Source of the DNA: Thecamonas trahens ATCC 50062
Lineage: Eukaryota > Protista > Apusomonadida
DNA length: 64,000 nt
Assembly (NCBI RefSeq): GCF_000142905.1
Contig: NW_013657673.1
Coordinates: forward strand, 186,001 to 250,000
Reading direction: 5' to 3'
Below the pieces are notes generated by a model. That model ran no database searches. It saw nothing but the letters and a program-made list of their open reading frames with translations, and was not told the DNA's origin. Made by a program: the position numbers and the translations under genes. Positions 1 to 11,700 of this stretch are shown piece by piece. The stretch's first letter is position 1, and each line of letters starts with the position of its first letter.

Positions 1-1333
1 TCACCTCGTTTGTGGCCACGCACATCGCGCCGGTCACCCGCAAGTCTGAGATCGAGAAGTCGCTCAAGTACCAGCTCTTTGTCTCGACCATCATCATGAC
101 CCCCGTGCTGTACGGGCTCTCCGTCGGGTACCTCCCCAAGGAGTTCTGGGTCGGCCGCTGCGGCGACTGCTGGGACACCCGTGGCCTCCCGATCACCGTC
201 GACGAGCTCTGCGGCGCCATCAAGACGTGCCAGAAGGTGCAGTCGTACTACATGTTTTTCTGCGGCGCGGCCGGCCTCTGGTCGGGCCTTGCCATCGGTC
301 TCATCACCGAGTACTGGACCTCGCACACCTACCAGCCCGTGCGCAACCTCTCGCGCACGTGCGGCGAGACCGGTGCGGCGACGAACATCATTCTTGGCCT
401 CGCCCTCGGCTACAACTCGGTCATCATCCCCTCGATCTGCATTGCGGTCACCATCTACGTCTCGCAGCGCCTCGCCGGTATGTTCGGCATCGGTATTGCC
501 GCCCTCGGCATCCTCTCGACTCTCGCCACCGGCCTCACGATCGACTCGTACGGCCCGATCTCCGACAACGCCGGTGGTGTTGCCGAGATGTGCGAGCTCG
601 GTGACTCGACTCGCGAGCGGACCGACGCCCTCGATGCTGCCGGCAACACGACGGCCGCCATTGGCAAGGGCTTCGCCATCGGCTCGGCTGCCTTTGTCTC
701 GCTGGCCCTCTTCGGTGCCTTTGTCACTCGCGCTGACATCGAGGTCGTCGACCTCATGGCTCCCTTCCCCTTCGCCGGCCTCCTCATCGGCGCCATGCTC
801 CCGTACTGGTTCTCCGCCATGACGATGGGCGCCGTCGGCCGTGCCGCCGACGAGATGGTCCACGAGGTCCAGCGCCAGTTCCGCGAGATGCCCGGTCTCA
901 TGGAGGGCACCACCCTGCCCGACTACGAGCGCTGCATCACCATTTCGACCACCGCGTCGCTCAAGGAGATGATCGCCCTGGCGCTCTCGTCATGATCACC
1001 CCGCTCTTTGTCGGCTGCATCTTTGGCGTCGACGCCCTGGCTGGTGTCCTCGCCGGCATTCTCGTCTCTGGCGTCCAGATCGCCATTGCCTCGTCCAACT
1101 CGGGCGGTGCTTGGGACAACTGCAAGAAGTACATCGAGGAGGGCAAGTACGGTGGCAAGAACTCGGATGCCCACCACGCTGCCGTCATCGGTGACACCGT
1201 CGGTGACCCGCTCAAGGATACCTCGGGCCCGTCGACCAACATCATCCTCAAGCTCTCGGCTGTCGAGTCGCTCGTCTTCGCTCCGCTCTTCATGAAGATC
1301 AAGGATGGTAAGGGTCTCGTCGGCTACTTCTAA
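1..1333 (+). CDS. Vacuolar/acidocalcisomal H+-translocating pyrophosphatase, 5'-partial, one -1 frameshift near 975
   Basis: Motifs [60 protein letters not shown]. ORFs 12-995 and 992-1333 join if GCCCTGGC is read as GCCCCTGGC ([13 protein letters not shown]). Confidence 0.95.
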
Positions 1334-1475
1334 GCTGTCGCCCCCAATCTTAAAATTTTCCAATCGAGAGCCTCTCCGCTGTCGACCATCGCCTGCCTGC
1401 CCGTCGCCCGTCCACACCACTCCCCTCCCACTTCCCTACCACCGCCACTCACCGCCACCCACCGCCACCCCCACC

Positions 1476-2656
1476 ATGCCCGCCCGCACTCCGCCCACCC
1501 TCCGCCACCAGGTCTTCCGCTGTGTCTCGTCACTTCCGGTGGTACTCGTTGCGGCTATGCTGGCCTGGGGTGGCCACACTGCGCTGTTTGTGGTCACGCC
1601 GTACCTCCTCGCCTCGCCGGCGGCGCAGACGTCGGCGCTGTTCGCAGGAGCAACGTACGCGGCATCGGCGGCGTTTGCGGCCACGCTTGTGGCGGGAACG
1701 GTGGCATACGGCCACACGGTGGCCTGCACCCGCGGCAATGCTGTCCCGCTGGTCTTTGCCTCGGACTCGCCGGCACGGATCCGGCGGGTGGAGAGGGCTC
1801 TGGCCGGTGGCGCCGCCCCGGGCGAGCTGGAGAGCCTTGCCGACCGCAATCTGGCTGTGGTGGCGATGACGGTCAAGGAGCGGACGGGCGGTGGGCGCAA
1901 GTTCCGCTATTGTCGCCCGTGCGGCGCCTTTAAGCCTGATCGCGCCCATCACTGCTCCACATGCGGCCGCTGTGTGCTGCGGATGGACCACCACTGCCCT
2001 TGGGTGAACAACTGCGTCGGCGCCGGCAACCACAAAACCTTCTTCTTTTTCTCATCTACATCGCGCTGGCCTGCGTCCTCGCCGCGGGCCTATGCGCCGT
2101 GGCTGTCTTTGGCGTTGCAACACGCGCTCCTGTCGACGAGGTCGCGCCGCTAGCTGCGGAAAGCGCGCGCGCAGCCTCTGCTGCGCCCGGTGGCTTGCTC
2201 ACCGATGTCAAGACGCAGGCGGCGCGCGGCGCGGTGAGAAGGGCGCGGGTGCTGGGCGCCAACGTGTTTGAGCTTGGCGCGTCGGCGGTGGCCCTCCTGT
2301 TTGTGGCTGCTGTCTTTGGCCTTGCCCTCCTTGCCTTTGCCGGCATGCATCTCACGCTGCTCGTGCGCAACCAGACAACGCTCGAGTCATTCGAGTCGTC
2401 GCGCTCGGGCTCGCGGTACCGGCTCGACTGGCGAAGCAACCTAGCATCGGTGATGGGCGCTGATCCGTGGACCTGGCTTGTCCCGACGTACGCAAAAGGC
2501 ATCGACGGCGTCCGCCACCCGCGAGTCCACCGCAACGCCACCGGCGAGCGTGTTCGGGTTGGGCGGGTCCGCTCGCGACGGCGCGCATTGCGCGGTGGCA
2601 AGCGCTCCGACTCGACACAATCCGCGTACAACGACTCGTCGATGTGGTCGGTGTAG
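1476..2656 (+). CDS. DHHC palmitoyl acyltransferase (zDHHC), -1 frameshift near 2045
   Basis: [44 protein letters not shown], then in the next frame LFLIY...NQTTLE (TTxE motif) and [21 protein letters not shown]. Confidence 0.92.
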
Positions 2657-2676
2657 AGTGGGACAGAGTGTGGCGC

Positions 2677-3315
2677 TTATCGGTTGAGGCGCGGCGCTGA
2701 TCGGGTTACGCCCTTGAAGTTGGACAAGCTACCAAAGCGGGTGGCGGCGACGGCGTCGTACTCGTCGAGATCGCACGAGTCAGAACCCGATGAGAGCTGG
2801 ACAACAGCGTAGCGGACAACGTTGCCGTCGTCGGCCGAGTACTCAGCCACGGTCTTTCCGGCCCTACTGGCCGTCGACTTTGAGTGTGAGCGCGAGCGCG
2901 TGCGCGAGCGCGAGCCGGCCACGCCGCTGGTGCTCCGCCGCTTCCGCGCCTTTGTCCGCAACAACTCGGCCGCCGAGCCACGGCGACCCGTCGACCGCGG
3001 CGTCCGACGTGCCCGCCGCGGCGAGGCCAGCACCAACGAGCCCGACCGCGTCCGCGGCTTGCGCTTGCGGGCGTCGGCAAGGTCTTCGGCCGACGCCGAC
3101 GACGACGAGATAAACTCATGCTCGGCGAGTGAGCGCGAGGCATGCAGCAGCGTCGCCGCCTTGGCCGCACCCGACGACGACGACAATGAGGCCGATGGCG
3201 CCAATGGCGACGATGACGATGACGACGACGACGACGACGACGACGACGAGGCTGATGAGGAGAGCGAGTGGTCCGAGCCCGAGTCTGTTCCTGAGGAGGT
3301 GACTGTAGAGGACAT
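2677..3315 (-). CDS. Hypothetical Ser/Arg-rich low-complexity protein
   Basis: ATG at 3315 immediately after a microsatellite leader, open to 2677. No recognisable domain. Confidence 0.5.
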   Translation of the reverse strand: MSSTVTSSGTDSGSDHSLSSSASSSSSSSSSSSSSSPLAPSASLSSSSGAAKAATLLHASRSLAEHEFISSSSASAEDLADARKRKPRTRSGSLVLASPRRARRTPRSTGRRGSAAELLRTKARKRRSTSGVAGSRSRTRSRSHSKSTASRAGKTVAEYSADDGNVVRYAVVQLSSGSDSCDLDEYDAVAATRFGSLSNFKGVTRSAPRLNR

Positions 3316-3526
3316 GGTTGTGGTTGTGGTTGTGGTTGTGGTTGTGGTTGTGGTTGTGGTTGTGGTTGTGGTTGTGGTTGTGGTTGTGGCTGTGGTTGTG
3401 TGTGTGTGTGTGTCGAGTGTGGTCGTGGTTCTTGTGTGGTTGCCTGGACACATTGGCATTGGCATTAGCATTAGCATTGGCATTGGCATTGGCATTAGCA
3501 TTAGCATTGGCATTGGCATTGGCATT
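3316..3526. repeat. Microsatellite block: (GTTGTG)n, (GT)n, (GGCATT/AGCATT)n
   Basis: Hexamer arrays at about 3316-3400 and 3453-3526, directly visible. Confidence 0.95.
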
Positions 3527-3737
3527 GGGGATCAGCCGAGGGAGAAGGGGGGGGGGGATGATGCGATCATCGTGTTAAGCATGTTTGTCTGATGATTACG
3601 TTGACAAGCCACAGATACGCTTGTATGTAGGCGTATCGCAATCAGGGTCGCCACCTCTGCAGCCTGTTCTTGCATCCGCCCGACATCGCACGCGATGACA
3701 GCAGTACGACACGCGATAGGTGGCTGTGGCAAGACGT

Positions 3738-4169
3738 TTAGTCGTCCTTATCATCACCACCGGAGCCATCGTCGGCAAAGGCCCAGTACTTGGAAGCCAC
3801 AAAGTTGATGGCGCCCGTGATGACCAGGCCGAGGACAAAGGCGGCGTTGGCGGCGACGCTGAGCTTCTCCACGGCGAGCCAGTTGATGGCGGTAGATCCC
3901 ACCAGCGAGGCCGAGTACACCACGTAGGTCTTGCCCAGACCAGAGAGAACCGATCCGCCCTCGGGTGTGCCAAAGACAAAGAGTTGATGCAGGACGTGCT
4001 GCCAGGCGATGGACGGCGTGTACGAGCCGACCCATGCCGCTGTCGCCGGGTACGGCCACTCGACCGGGTACGCCCACACCAGCGCTGTGTAGAGGGCATA
4101 GAACAGGGCTGTTCCGATGGCCCCGGACACGTTGAACATCACAAACTCCTTCATCCCCTCCGAAGACAT
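3738..4169 (-). CDS. GtrA-family small 4-TM protein (putative lipid-linked sugar flippase)
   Basis: ~143 aa. EFVMFNVSGAIGT...HQLFVF...INFVASKYWAF matches the GtrA pattern. Confidence 0.8.
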   Translation of the reverse strand: MSSEGMKEFVMFNVSGAIGTALFYALYTALVWAYPVEWPYPATAAWVGSYTPSIAWQHVLHQLFVFGTPEGGSVLSGLGKTYVVYSASLVGSTAINWLAVEKLSVAANAAFVLGLVITGAINFVASKYWAFADDGSGGDDKDD

Positions 4170-4284
4170 CCCTACGCTGGCTGGGATGTGCGTCAAGTGC
4201 TGCAGCCGTCGGCGTCACCGTTGGCTGCCATTGAGGCAGTTACCGGCTCGCAGCGAGGCGTAGCCATGGCGGGAGGTAACGGGA

Positions 4285-4445
4285 TGGCCCAGCCCAGCCC
4301 ACTGCCCATCCAGCCCACTGCCCATCCAGCACACCCATCCATCGCCCAGCCCATCCATCCCTCTGCCCATCCATCACCCATCGCCCAGCCCATCCAGCAC
4401 ACCCATCCAGCACCCCATCCATCGCCCAGCCCTCTGCCCATCCAT
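4285..4445. repeat. Degenerate C-rich tandem repeat (CCCATCCA/GCCCA units) between divergent genes
   Basis: Repeated cccagcccatcc / cccatccagcac units followed by a poly-C run at about 4497-4517. Confidence 0.7.
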
Positions 4446-4520
4446 TGCCCTGCTTCCAGCCCCTGTCACGCCCCAGCTCCTGACTCCTCCCTCCCTCCCC
4501 CCCCCCCCCCCCCCCCCTCC

Positions 4521-5648
4521 ATGCTGGACTCATGGCTGTGGGTCCTTGCCTTCCACGGTCTGGGCCTCGTCCTCATCGGCCTCATCTTCCACCTGTTTGA
4601 GCAGCGCAAGGCCATGCGCGGCGCCAACAGGCAGCGCATGCCCGGTACGCACACCCTCCCCCTCTCCGTCTCCCTCTCCGCCTCCCTCTTCACGCTACTC
4701 ACCCGCCCCCACCCACCCACCAATCCACACCATAGCATGGATCGAACGTATGCTACGGGCACTCTTCCTGCTGCTCCTCACAGGGCCCACAGTGGTCCAT
4801 ATGGACACGGCCGTCCTCCCGCTGCCGCTCCTCTCGCCGCTGGTCATCGCGTACGGCTTCAGCTATTGCGATCTGTCCGAGCAGAACGGTGGAAAGGAGA
4901 ACCTGGTTGTCCGCCGCTGGGGGCTGTGGCAGTATGTCCTCGACTACTTCTCGCTGCGCCTGGTCAAGACCGTCGACCTCGATCCGCACTGTCAGTACGT
5001 CTTTGGCATCCATCCGCACTCGATCCTCCCCTTTGGCGCCATCATCGGCCTCGGCATCAACCTCGAGTCTCTCTTTCCGGCAGTCTCCTACCGCGTCCTT
5101 GCCGCAACTTTTGTCTTCTACGTCCCCATCTACCGCGACATCTGCCTCTGGGGCGGCATCGTCGACGCCGCGCGATACTCCGCTCTCCGCGTCCTCCGCT
5201 CTGGCAAGTCCGTCGCCCTCGTCCCCGGTGGCGCCACAGAAGCCCTCCACACAGATCCCGACCGCGACGTCGTCGTCCTCCGCAAGCGCCGCGGCTTCAT
5301 CAAGCTCGCACTCGAGCACGGCGCCTCGCTCGTCCCGGTCTTCTCTTTCAACGAGTGCAACACGTACTCAGTTCTCAAGGCCGATGCCCCGCTCATCCGC
5401 TCCATCGCTGCAAAGTTCCAGCGGATGACCGGCCTCTCGCTCCCGCTCATCACAAACATCTGGCCGCGCAAGTCCAACATCACCGTCGTCTTTGGCAAGC
5501 CCATCCCTGTCCCGCGCATCCCAACCCGGACTCAGCCGTCGTCGACGAGTACCTCGAAGCCTACATCACCGGCCTCGAGGAGCTCTACACCGAGAACGCC
5601 GCAACATACAACAACCCGCCCACCAAGCCACCGCTCGAGATCCTCTGA
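4521..5648 (+). CDS. DGAT2/MOGAT-family acyltransferase; exons 4521-4644 and 4736-5648, -1 frameshift near 5520
   Basis: YVFGIHPHS, VPGGATEAL, KRRGFIKLAL, LVPVFSFNE, VVFGKPI motifs. Intron GTACGC...CATAG (4645-4735) preserves frame (G|CA = Ala). Confidence 0.9.
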   Translation: MLDSWLWVLAFHGLGLVLIGLIFHLFEQRKAMRGANRQRMPGTHTLPLSVSLSASLFTLLTRPHPPTNPHHSMDRTYATGTLPAAPHRAHSGPYGHGRPPAAAPLAAGHRVRLQLLRSVRAERWKGEPGCPPLGAVAVCPRLLLAAPGQDRRPRSALSVRLWHPSALDPPLWRHHRPRHQPRVSLSGSLLPRPCRNFCLLRPHLPRHLPLGRHRRRRAILRSPRPPLWQVRRPRPRWRHRSPPHRSRPRRRRPPQAPRLHQARTRARRLARPGLLFQRVQHVLSSQGRCPAHPLHRCKVPADDRPLAPAHHKHLAAQVQHHRRLWQAHPCPAHPNPDSAVVDEYLEAYITGLEELYTENAATYNNPPTKPPLEIL

Positions 5649-5796
5649 CCAACCACTGTTGTCACCGCTCGCTGCCCGCTGTCCTTCCGCCTGACAGGCT
5701 CCGATTGCTCTGCCGGGATTCGCCGCCAAACTTCTTTCCCGCGCCACCTGTCCCGCACCCTTCCCCTCCCGCCCCCCCCCCCCCGAATCACCCCCG

Positions 5797-8700
5797 ATGC
5801 ACACACTAGCCACAGTCGCAGCGTTACTATGTACACTATTGGTAGCAGCGCACGGGTTCTCTGCCGCTCCGGGACCATTCATCCCTCGTATCGATGTCTC
5901 CCTGCCGCCACCGCCGCCGCAGGCCGTCGCCTGGCACCTCGCCTCGGGACTCGTCGACCGTCCGCTCGCCTCCAGCGGCCCACCTCCTGCTGCAGAGCAG
6001 CGATTTCGCCTCTCTCTCACCGGCAACCTAGACTCGTGGCCATACGCACCCGAAGATCCGACCTATCTCCAAGAGATCTCGCTCTGGGTCGACGCATCCT
6101 CTTCCGAGCTCGTCATCTGGGTCCTCTCCCTCCAACCCAAGACTGTTCTCTTCTTTGATCTCGACTCGAACAAGTCGACCGGCTATGCCTACCACGGCAT
6201 GCCCATCGGCGCCGACCTCCGCGTCGAGGTCTTCTCCACCACCGCACTCGTCTCCACCTTTGACGCTACCTACCTCCGATCCACCGGCGCACCCACCTCG
6301 TCTGCTGCCTTTCCGTCCACCGGCGATGAGCTCCCCGTCGACTCGGACGACCTCCCCTCGGGCTCGGCCACCCTCGTCCTCCGCATCCCGCTCGCCCTCC
6401 TCCATGGCTACATCCCGCCCGCCTCGCCGCGCGCTGCCCTCCCGCTCGCTCTCTACGCGGCAGCTCCGGCCTTTGACCTTGTCGCCACTCTGACCTTTGA
6501 CACCCTCCCCACCCCGGGCTACGACGTCTCGTCGCCGATGTACATCTCGTTCGGGCCGGGCACAACTGCCCGCCTGCCTGCCTCGCCGCCGCCGCCGTCC
6601 CCGCTGCAACTCGGCGTCCCCGAGCTGCAGCTTTTCAACGATGCCAGCTACGCCCTCGTTCTGCTGTGGGAGGACGCCGATGGCAACCTCGCCCTTTACG
6701 ACCCGCTCGCCGAGCCGTTGGTGGTCACCCTGCCCCGAGCTCATGTCCGGACCGAAGTCACGCCGTTGGGGCCGACTTTGTTCCGCGTCTTTCTGAGCCT
6801 CCCGCCGGTCATCCCCGCAGGAGCCTCACTCGTCGTCCTCCGCTCAGACGCCAACTACGTTCTCTCGCCGGCCGACCGCAGCCCGGGTAGCGTCGCCGTC
6901 ATCCTCTCGTCGGCGATAGGTGAGGTTAATGGCGAGCGAACGATCGAGCACCTCGATGATGACCCATTGCTTGCCCCCATCACGCCGTACTACTACACCG
7001 CGTACATTGTGACCGCGTCCGGCGATTACGTCGCCTCCAACTACGTCGCTCGTGACCGGTCCATCGGCTCGATCGTTCGCGGCCCCATCCCGGGCATGTC
7101 GCCAGACTCAGACTACCTCGTCTTCTTCTCAGCCTGGACCGAAGACAACATTCGGACCGCGGAAAAGTACGACCTCGTCATCTGCCACCCAGGTGGTGGC
7201 TCGGCGCTCATCACCGCCGCCCAGGTCCGCGACATCCGTGATGGGCCCGACAACATCCTCGGCAACGCCGACGACACCATTGTCATCGGCTACATCTCGG
7301 TCGGGGAAGACTACGGCGAGCGCGGCGATGGATCCGGGATCAACAACCCGCGCAACACCTCGCTCCGCGCCGGCCTTAACACCGGCACCGGCCCGCTCAC
7401 CTACGACTACACCACCGGCGAAGCGGTGTACACCAACAATGGCTATCCCTCGTTCTACGTCGACATGGTCGGCTCGTACTCGGATGCCGGTGGCTCGTTC
7501 ATCGACTTTATCCCCGATGGCAAGCCCGACCAGAACACCGAGTGGGGCGGGCTGTACGTCAACCCAGGCGATCCGCTTTGGTTCACATTTCTCAAGGAGG
7601 CCTCATACGCCTCGGTCGGCACCGCCGGACTTGACTACATCCTTGTCGAGCTCGGTATGGACGGCCTCTTCCTCGACACGCTCGGCGTCTCGGCGCCGTG
7701 GTCGTTCTGGCAGCCACCGTCGACCATCTCCGACTACTACTGGCTTCGCCACGGCGGGCTAGATCTCATCGCCCGCCTCGCCTACGAGTACCCGGATGCG
7801 GTGCTCATCGGTAACCGCCCGCTCCACTTTGCCTTTCCCGAGTTTGCCGGCTCGCGCTACGATGACTTTCGTTCGTACCTCAATGGCGTCTACTGGGAGT
7901 CGTGGGCCGCCGACATGAACTTTTGGTGGTCCGAGGCCTCGGGCCGCGTCTTCAATGACCAACTCGTTGCTGCCCAGGACAACGCCGATGGCCGTGGTTT
8001 TACAACCCTCGTTCTTGACTACTGGGCCGTCATGTTTGCCGCCCGCGAATCGGGCGAGGCCCAGGGCGCACCGTGGTACGAGACGCCACTTGAGTACCTC
8101 GCCGCCGCAGAGGCCAACGCCTACCCTACCCACATTTCGCCATCGCGCTCGCTTGCCGAAATCGATGACGTTGTGTACAACATCCACCATCCTGACATTT
8201 ATGGTGGCGCACCGGACGTCGTCATTGTCTCTATCATTCCGGAGTTCCAGAGGACAAAGGCCGAGGCGGCGTGGAGACCCATCCCAGACGCTACCCTCGT
8301 CACCGTCACCCTCGCAAACCGCGGCGCGCCGCCGGCCTCACCGTCCGATCCATACACAGGCACACTCACCATTGTCCACAACGACGTCGAGCTCACACAG
8401 ACCGGATTCTCGTTCTCTGCCGGCCACTACGCGCCGGGCTCACTCGATGCCATCCGCGTCTCGGTTCCGCTCAAGACTTCGGGCGTTGTCATGGGCAATC
8501 ACATTTACGCGAGCGTGGTGCTCGACGCGCCCGAGTACGACACCACGAACAACCACGATGACGTGCTTCTCGAGTCGTTCTTCTACGTAGTCCCTGCGCA
8601 CATCTACAAGCACGATCCACCACCAGACTTTGTTGTCGACTCGCTCGCGCTAGATCCACCACAGCCTGCCGCCAACGAGCCGTTTGATCTTTTGGTCACC

Positions 8701-11700
8701 ATCTCCAACGTCGGGAGCGGCATCGGGCAGGCGTCACGGGCATTCATCTGGTCGTCGTTCGCGCAGGCACAGGTTGGCAACTTTGAGACTCCGCATCTGC
8801 TCCCTGGAGTTACGACGACAGTGAGGACGCCGCATCCACCAATCCCGCGTGCAGGCAAGTTCTCACTGGCGGTCACGCTCGACGCGGTACTTGCGGTTCC
8901 AGAGGCCGACGAGACCAACAACGAGGCGTTTCTTCTCTCCTTTCCGATCTCGCTGTCATTTGCCCCGCTGAAGACAAGCGAGCCATCGCGCGAGTCGACC
9001 GCGTCTGCGGCTTCGCGCGCCTCGTTCGACCACGCTGTCCTCGACTCGAACGCGCCCGACATGATTGCACTTTCGGCCTCGATCGCGGCATCGGGCGAGG
9101 TGCTCGAGCTGGCGATTGCCACGAGAAGCGCCCTCCCGCTCTCCGTCGCAGATCTCATTGTTTTTCTCAACTCGGATGACGACGCGAGTACCGGATACCT
9201 CGCCGCTGGCTTTGACCGCATGGTGCTCGAGGGCCTCATGTATCGCCATGATCCAGCCGCTGGCTCGGGTTGGGGCTGGATTGCGGTCAGCGGCGCAACC
9301 GACGTCGATACGGTCAGCATTGCGTATCACGACCACGCAGCGCGCAGCGTCGATCTCCGCATCCCGACCTCTCTATTTTTGGCTCACCGCCACGCCCGAC
9401 ACAGCTGTATGTCTACACCACCCTGGTTCCCAAGCCAGCAGCCGGCGACGGCGTAAGCGACGCCATTCCGTCGAGTGTCTCAGCCGGAGGACGTGGGCTG
9501 AGGATCAGACTTACCGACGTAGACCAACCGCTGCAAACGGCTTGGGCCGCGTCGCAGCTTGCCGCCGAGTCGCTTGATCGCAGCCGGGGTATGTATGTCG
9601 CCTTTGATGAGACATCGTCGTCGCTGGCTCTCCGACTGGACTCCGTGACCGCAGCTGGTGCCGCCATCAACACAAGTAGCGACCTGGTGCTGTTGTTTGC
9701 CAAGCCCGGCGGCGAGCTGTCAGGTGGTGTATTCTCTGGCCAGGCGTGGCGCTTTGTTGGTCGCAACGGCCCCGGCGCAACACAGCCATCACCGCCTGTT
9801 GTGCGACCGGCTGTGGGCGTGGATGCAGACGACGAGACACGGGCATGGGCCCCAGTTTCAAGCTCAGATCTGCAGCTGCGGGCGTCGGCGCTCGGTGGCG
9901 CAGCCGAGGCTGTACTGGGCCCAATGGTGCTGGATGCGTTTGGCTTCTCTGAACGCTTTAACTCTGAAGCACCAATTCTGGTGCGCGGGGTGCTGGCGGC
10001 GAGTGTGGGCCACCAGGCTAGCGCCAGTCCCCACTGGCTGCCGGAGCCGCGCGTCGAGTTGGGCATGTCAAGCTGGGCTGTGGTGCCCAACTGCGACGAC
10101 GGGCGCGCCGGGCGCTGGAGGATGGCATCGATTGCGGAAGCAGTTGCAGCCAGGCATGTGGCCAGCAGCTGTGCCGTAATGGCTTGCTCGACGCCGACGA
10201 GGAGGCGATCGACTGCGGCGGGCCATGCAAGTGGGCGTGCATTCCTCAGGTAATCGGGAAGACCGAGTGGCCATTGGCGTACAGCACGCATGCAATGGCG
10301 AGCTACGACTTTGAGCGACAAGCCGGCCAATCGGCTGATGCAGATGTGTTGAAAGCAATTCTCGGTGCGAGCGCTGATGCCTTTGTGGCCAGGCTTATCC
10401 CGTCCGGCACGTCGCTGGACGTGCTCTCGTCGCCAGGCTCGTATGGCACGAGCGTTGTGGTCTTTTTCGGCAGTGACATGGTCGACGTAGGCTACCGCGT
10501 CCACGGAGTGCCAGGCCTCTCGGCCCACATCATGTTGATGGACTCGGTCGGCTACGTGTACGACGATGCAAACAGTGCCAATGGAACAGCCTGGGCCTGG
10601 CTGCCGCTCGACGAAGGGTCAGAGACAATTACGCGAGTCGTCGCGGTGCCTGGAGACAGCGGCGTCGATTTCATTGTCTCGCGCAAGGCTGTGACTCTGT
10701 GGCATACGATGACAGGCTCGCATGCCCGGGAACTACGCGTTGTGGCGCAGGTAACATCTGGTGGGGTGACCAAGAGCCTACCAGGCGATGGCACGTACAT
10801 GGCGCTTGGTCTTGCGCCACCGCCGCCCTTGGCAGATGTGGCTGTCGATGGGATCGGCGACGAGTGGGCCAGCGTCGCAGGTGTGCTGACGATGGCCGAC
10901 GGTTCCGACGATGCAGTCGCGCCGAGTGGCAGCACTGGACATGTCATCGATAAGGCGCACGACTTTCGAGCGCTTCATGTTACCAGCGACTCGCGGTTTG
11001 TGTACATGCTCGCCGAGATGCAGGCAAGTGGTGACGCCTCGACAGACGTGGATGTTGCACTCTACGTGGTACCAGAGTCTGGCGCAACACGCGGATACGC
11101 CGTAGTAGATGGCGTGTTTGCAGTAGCGATGGTGCTCAACGGTGAGGCGTACGTCTATGCCGGGACTGGGCTATCGAGCGAGTGGGCGTGGAGCCCGGTG
11201 GCGATGGGTGCAGATGCTGGTGTTGTGAGACGAGGCTCGGCGCTCGAGCTCCGCCTTGCGCGCAGGCTATGGTCTGATCTTTTGTCGGATGAAAGTGCTG
11301 GCTTGGCTGGAGTGGGTGTGGCGACGGAGAAGCACGGCACACCGGAAGACTATAGCGACGACATTGTTGATTATGTTCCTGATGATGGCTTGATTGTTTG
11401 GCCGCCACCACCGCCGCCGCCATCCGCACCACCGCCGCCGCCACCATCGCCGCCGCCTCCATCGCCGCCGCCGCCATCGCCGCCACCACCGCCATCACCT
11501 CCGCCGCCATCGCCGCCACCACCGCCATCACCGCCACCACCGCCATCACCGCCGCCGCCGTCACCGCCGCCGCCATCGCCGCCACCACCACCATCGCCGC
11601 CGCCGCCATCGCCGCCACCACCACCATCGCCGCCGCCGCCATCGCCGCCACCACCGCCATCACCGCCACCGCCATCGCCGCCACCACCGCCATCACCGCC

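Noticed and set aside
3720-5648. 642-aa ORF as one protein
   Set aside because: Chimera of antisense GtrA, intergenic repeat, DGAT2 exon 1, its intron and the frameshifted DGAT2 tail.
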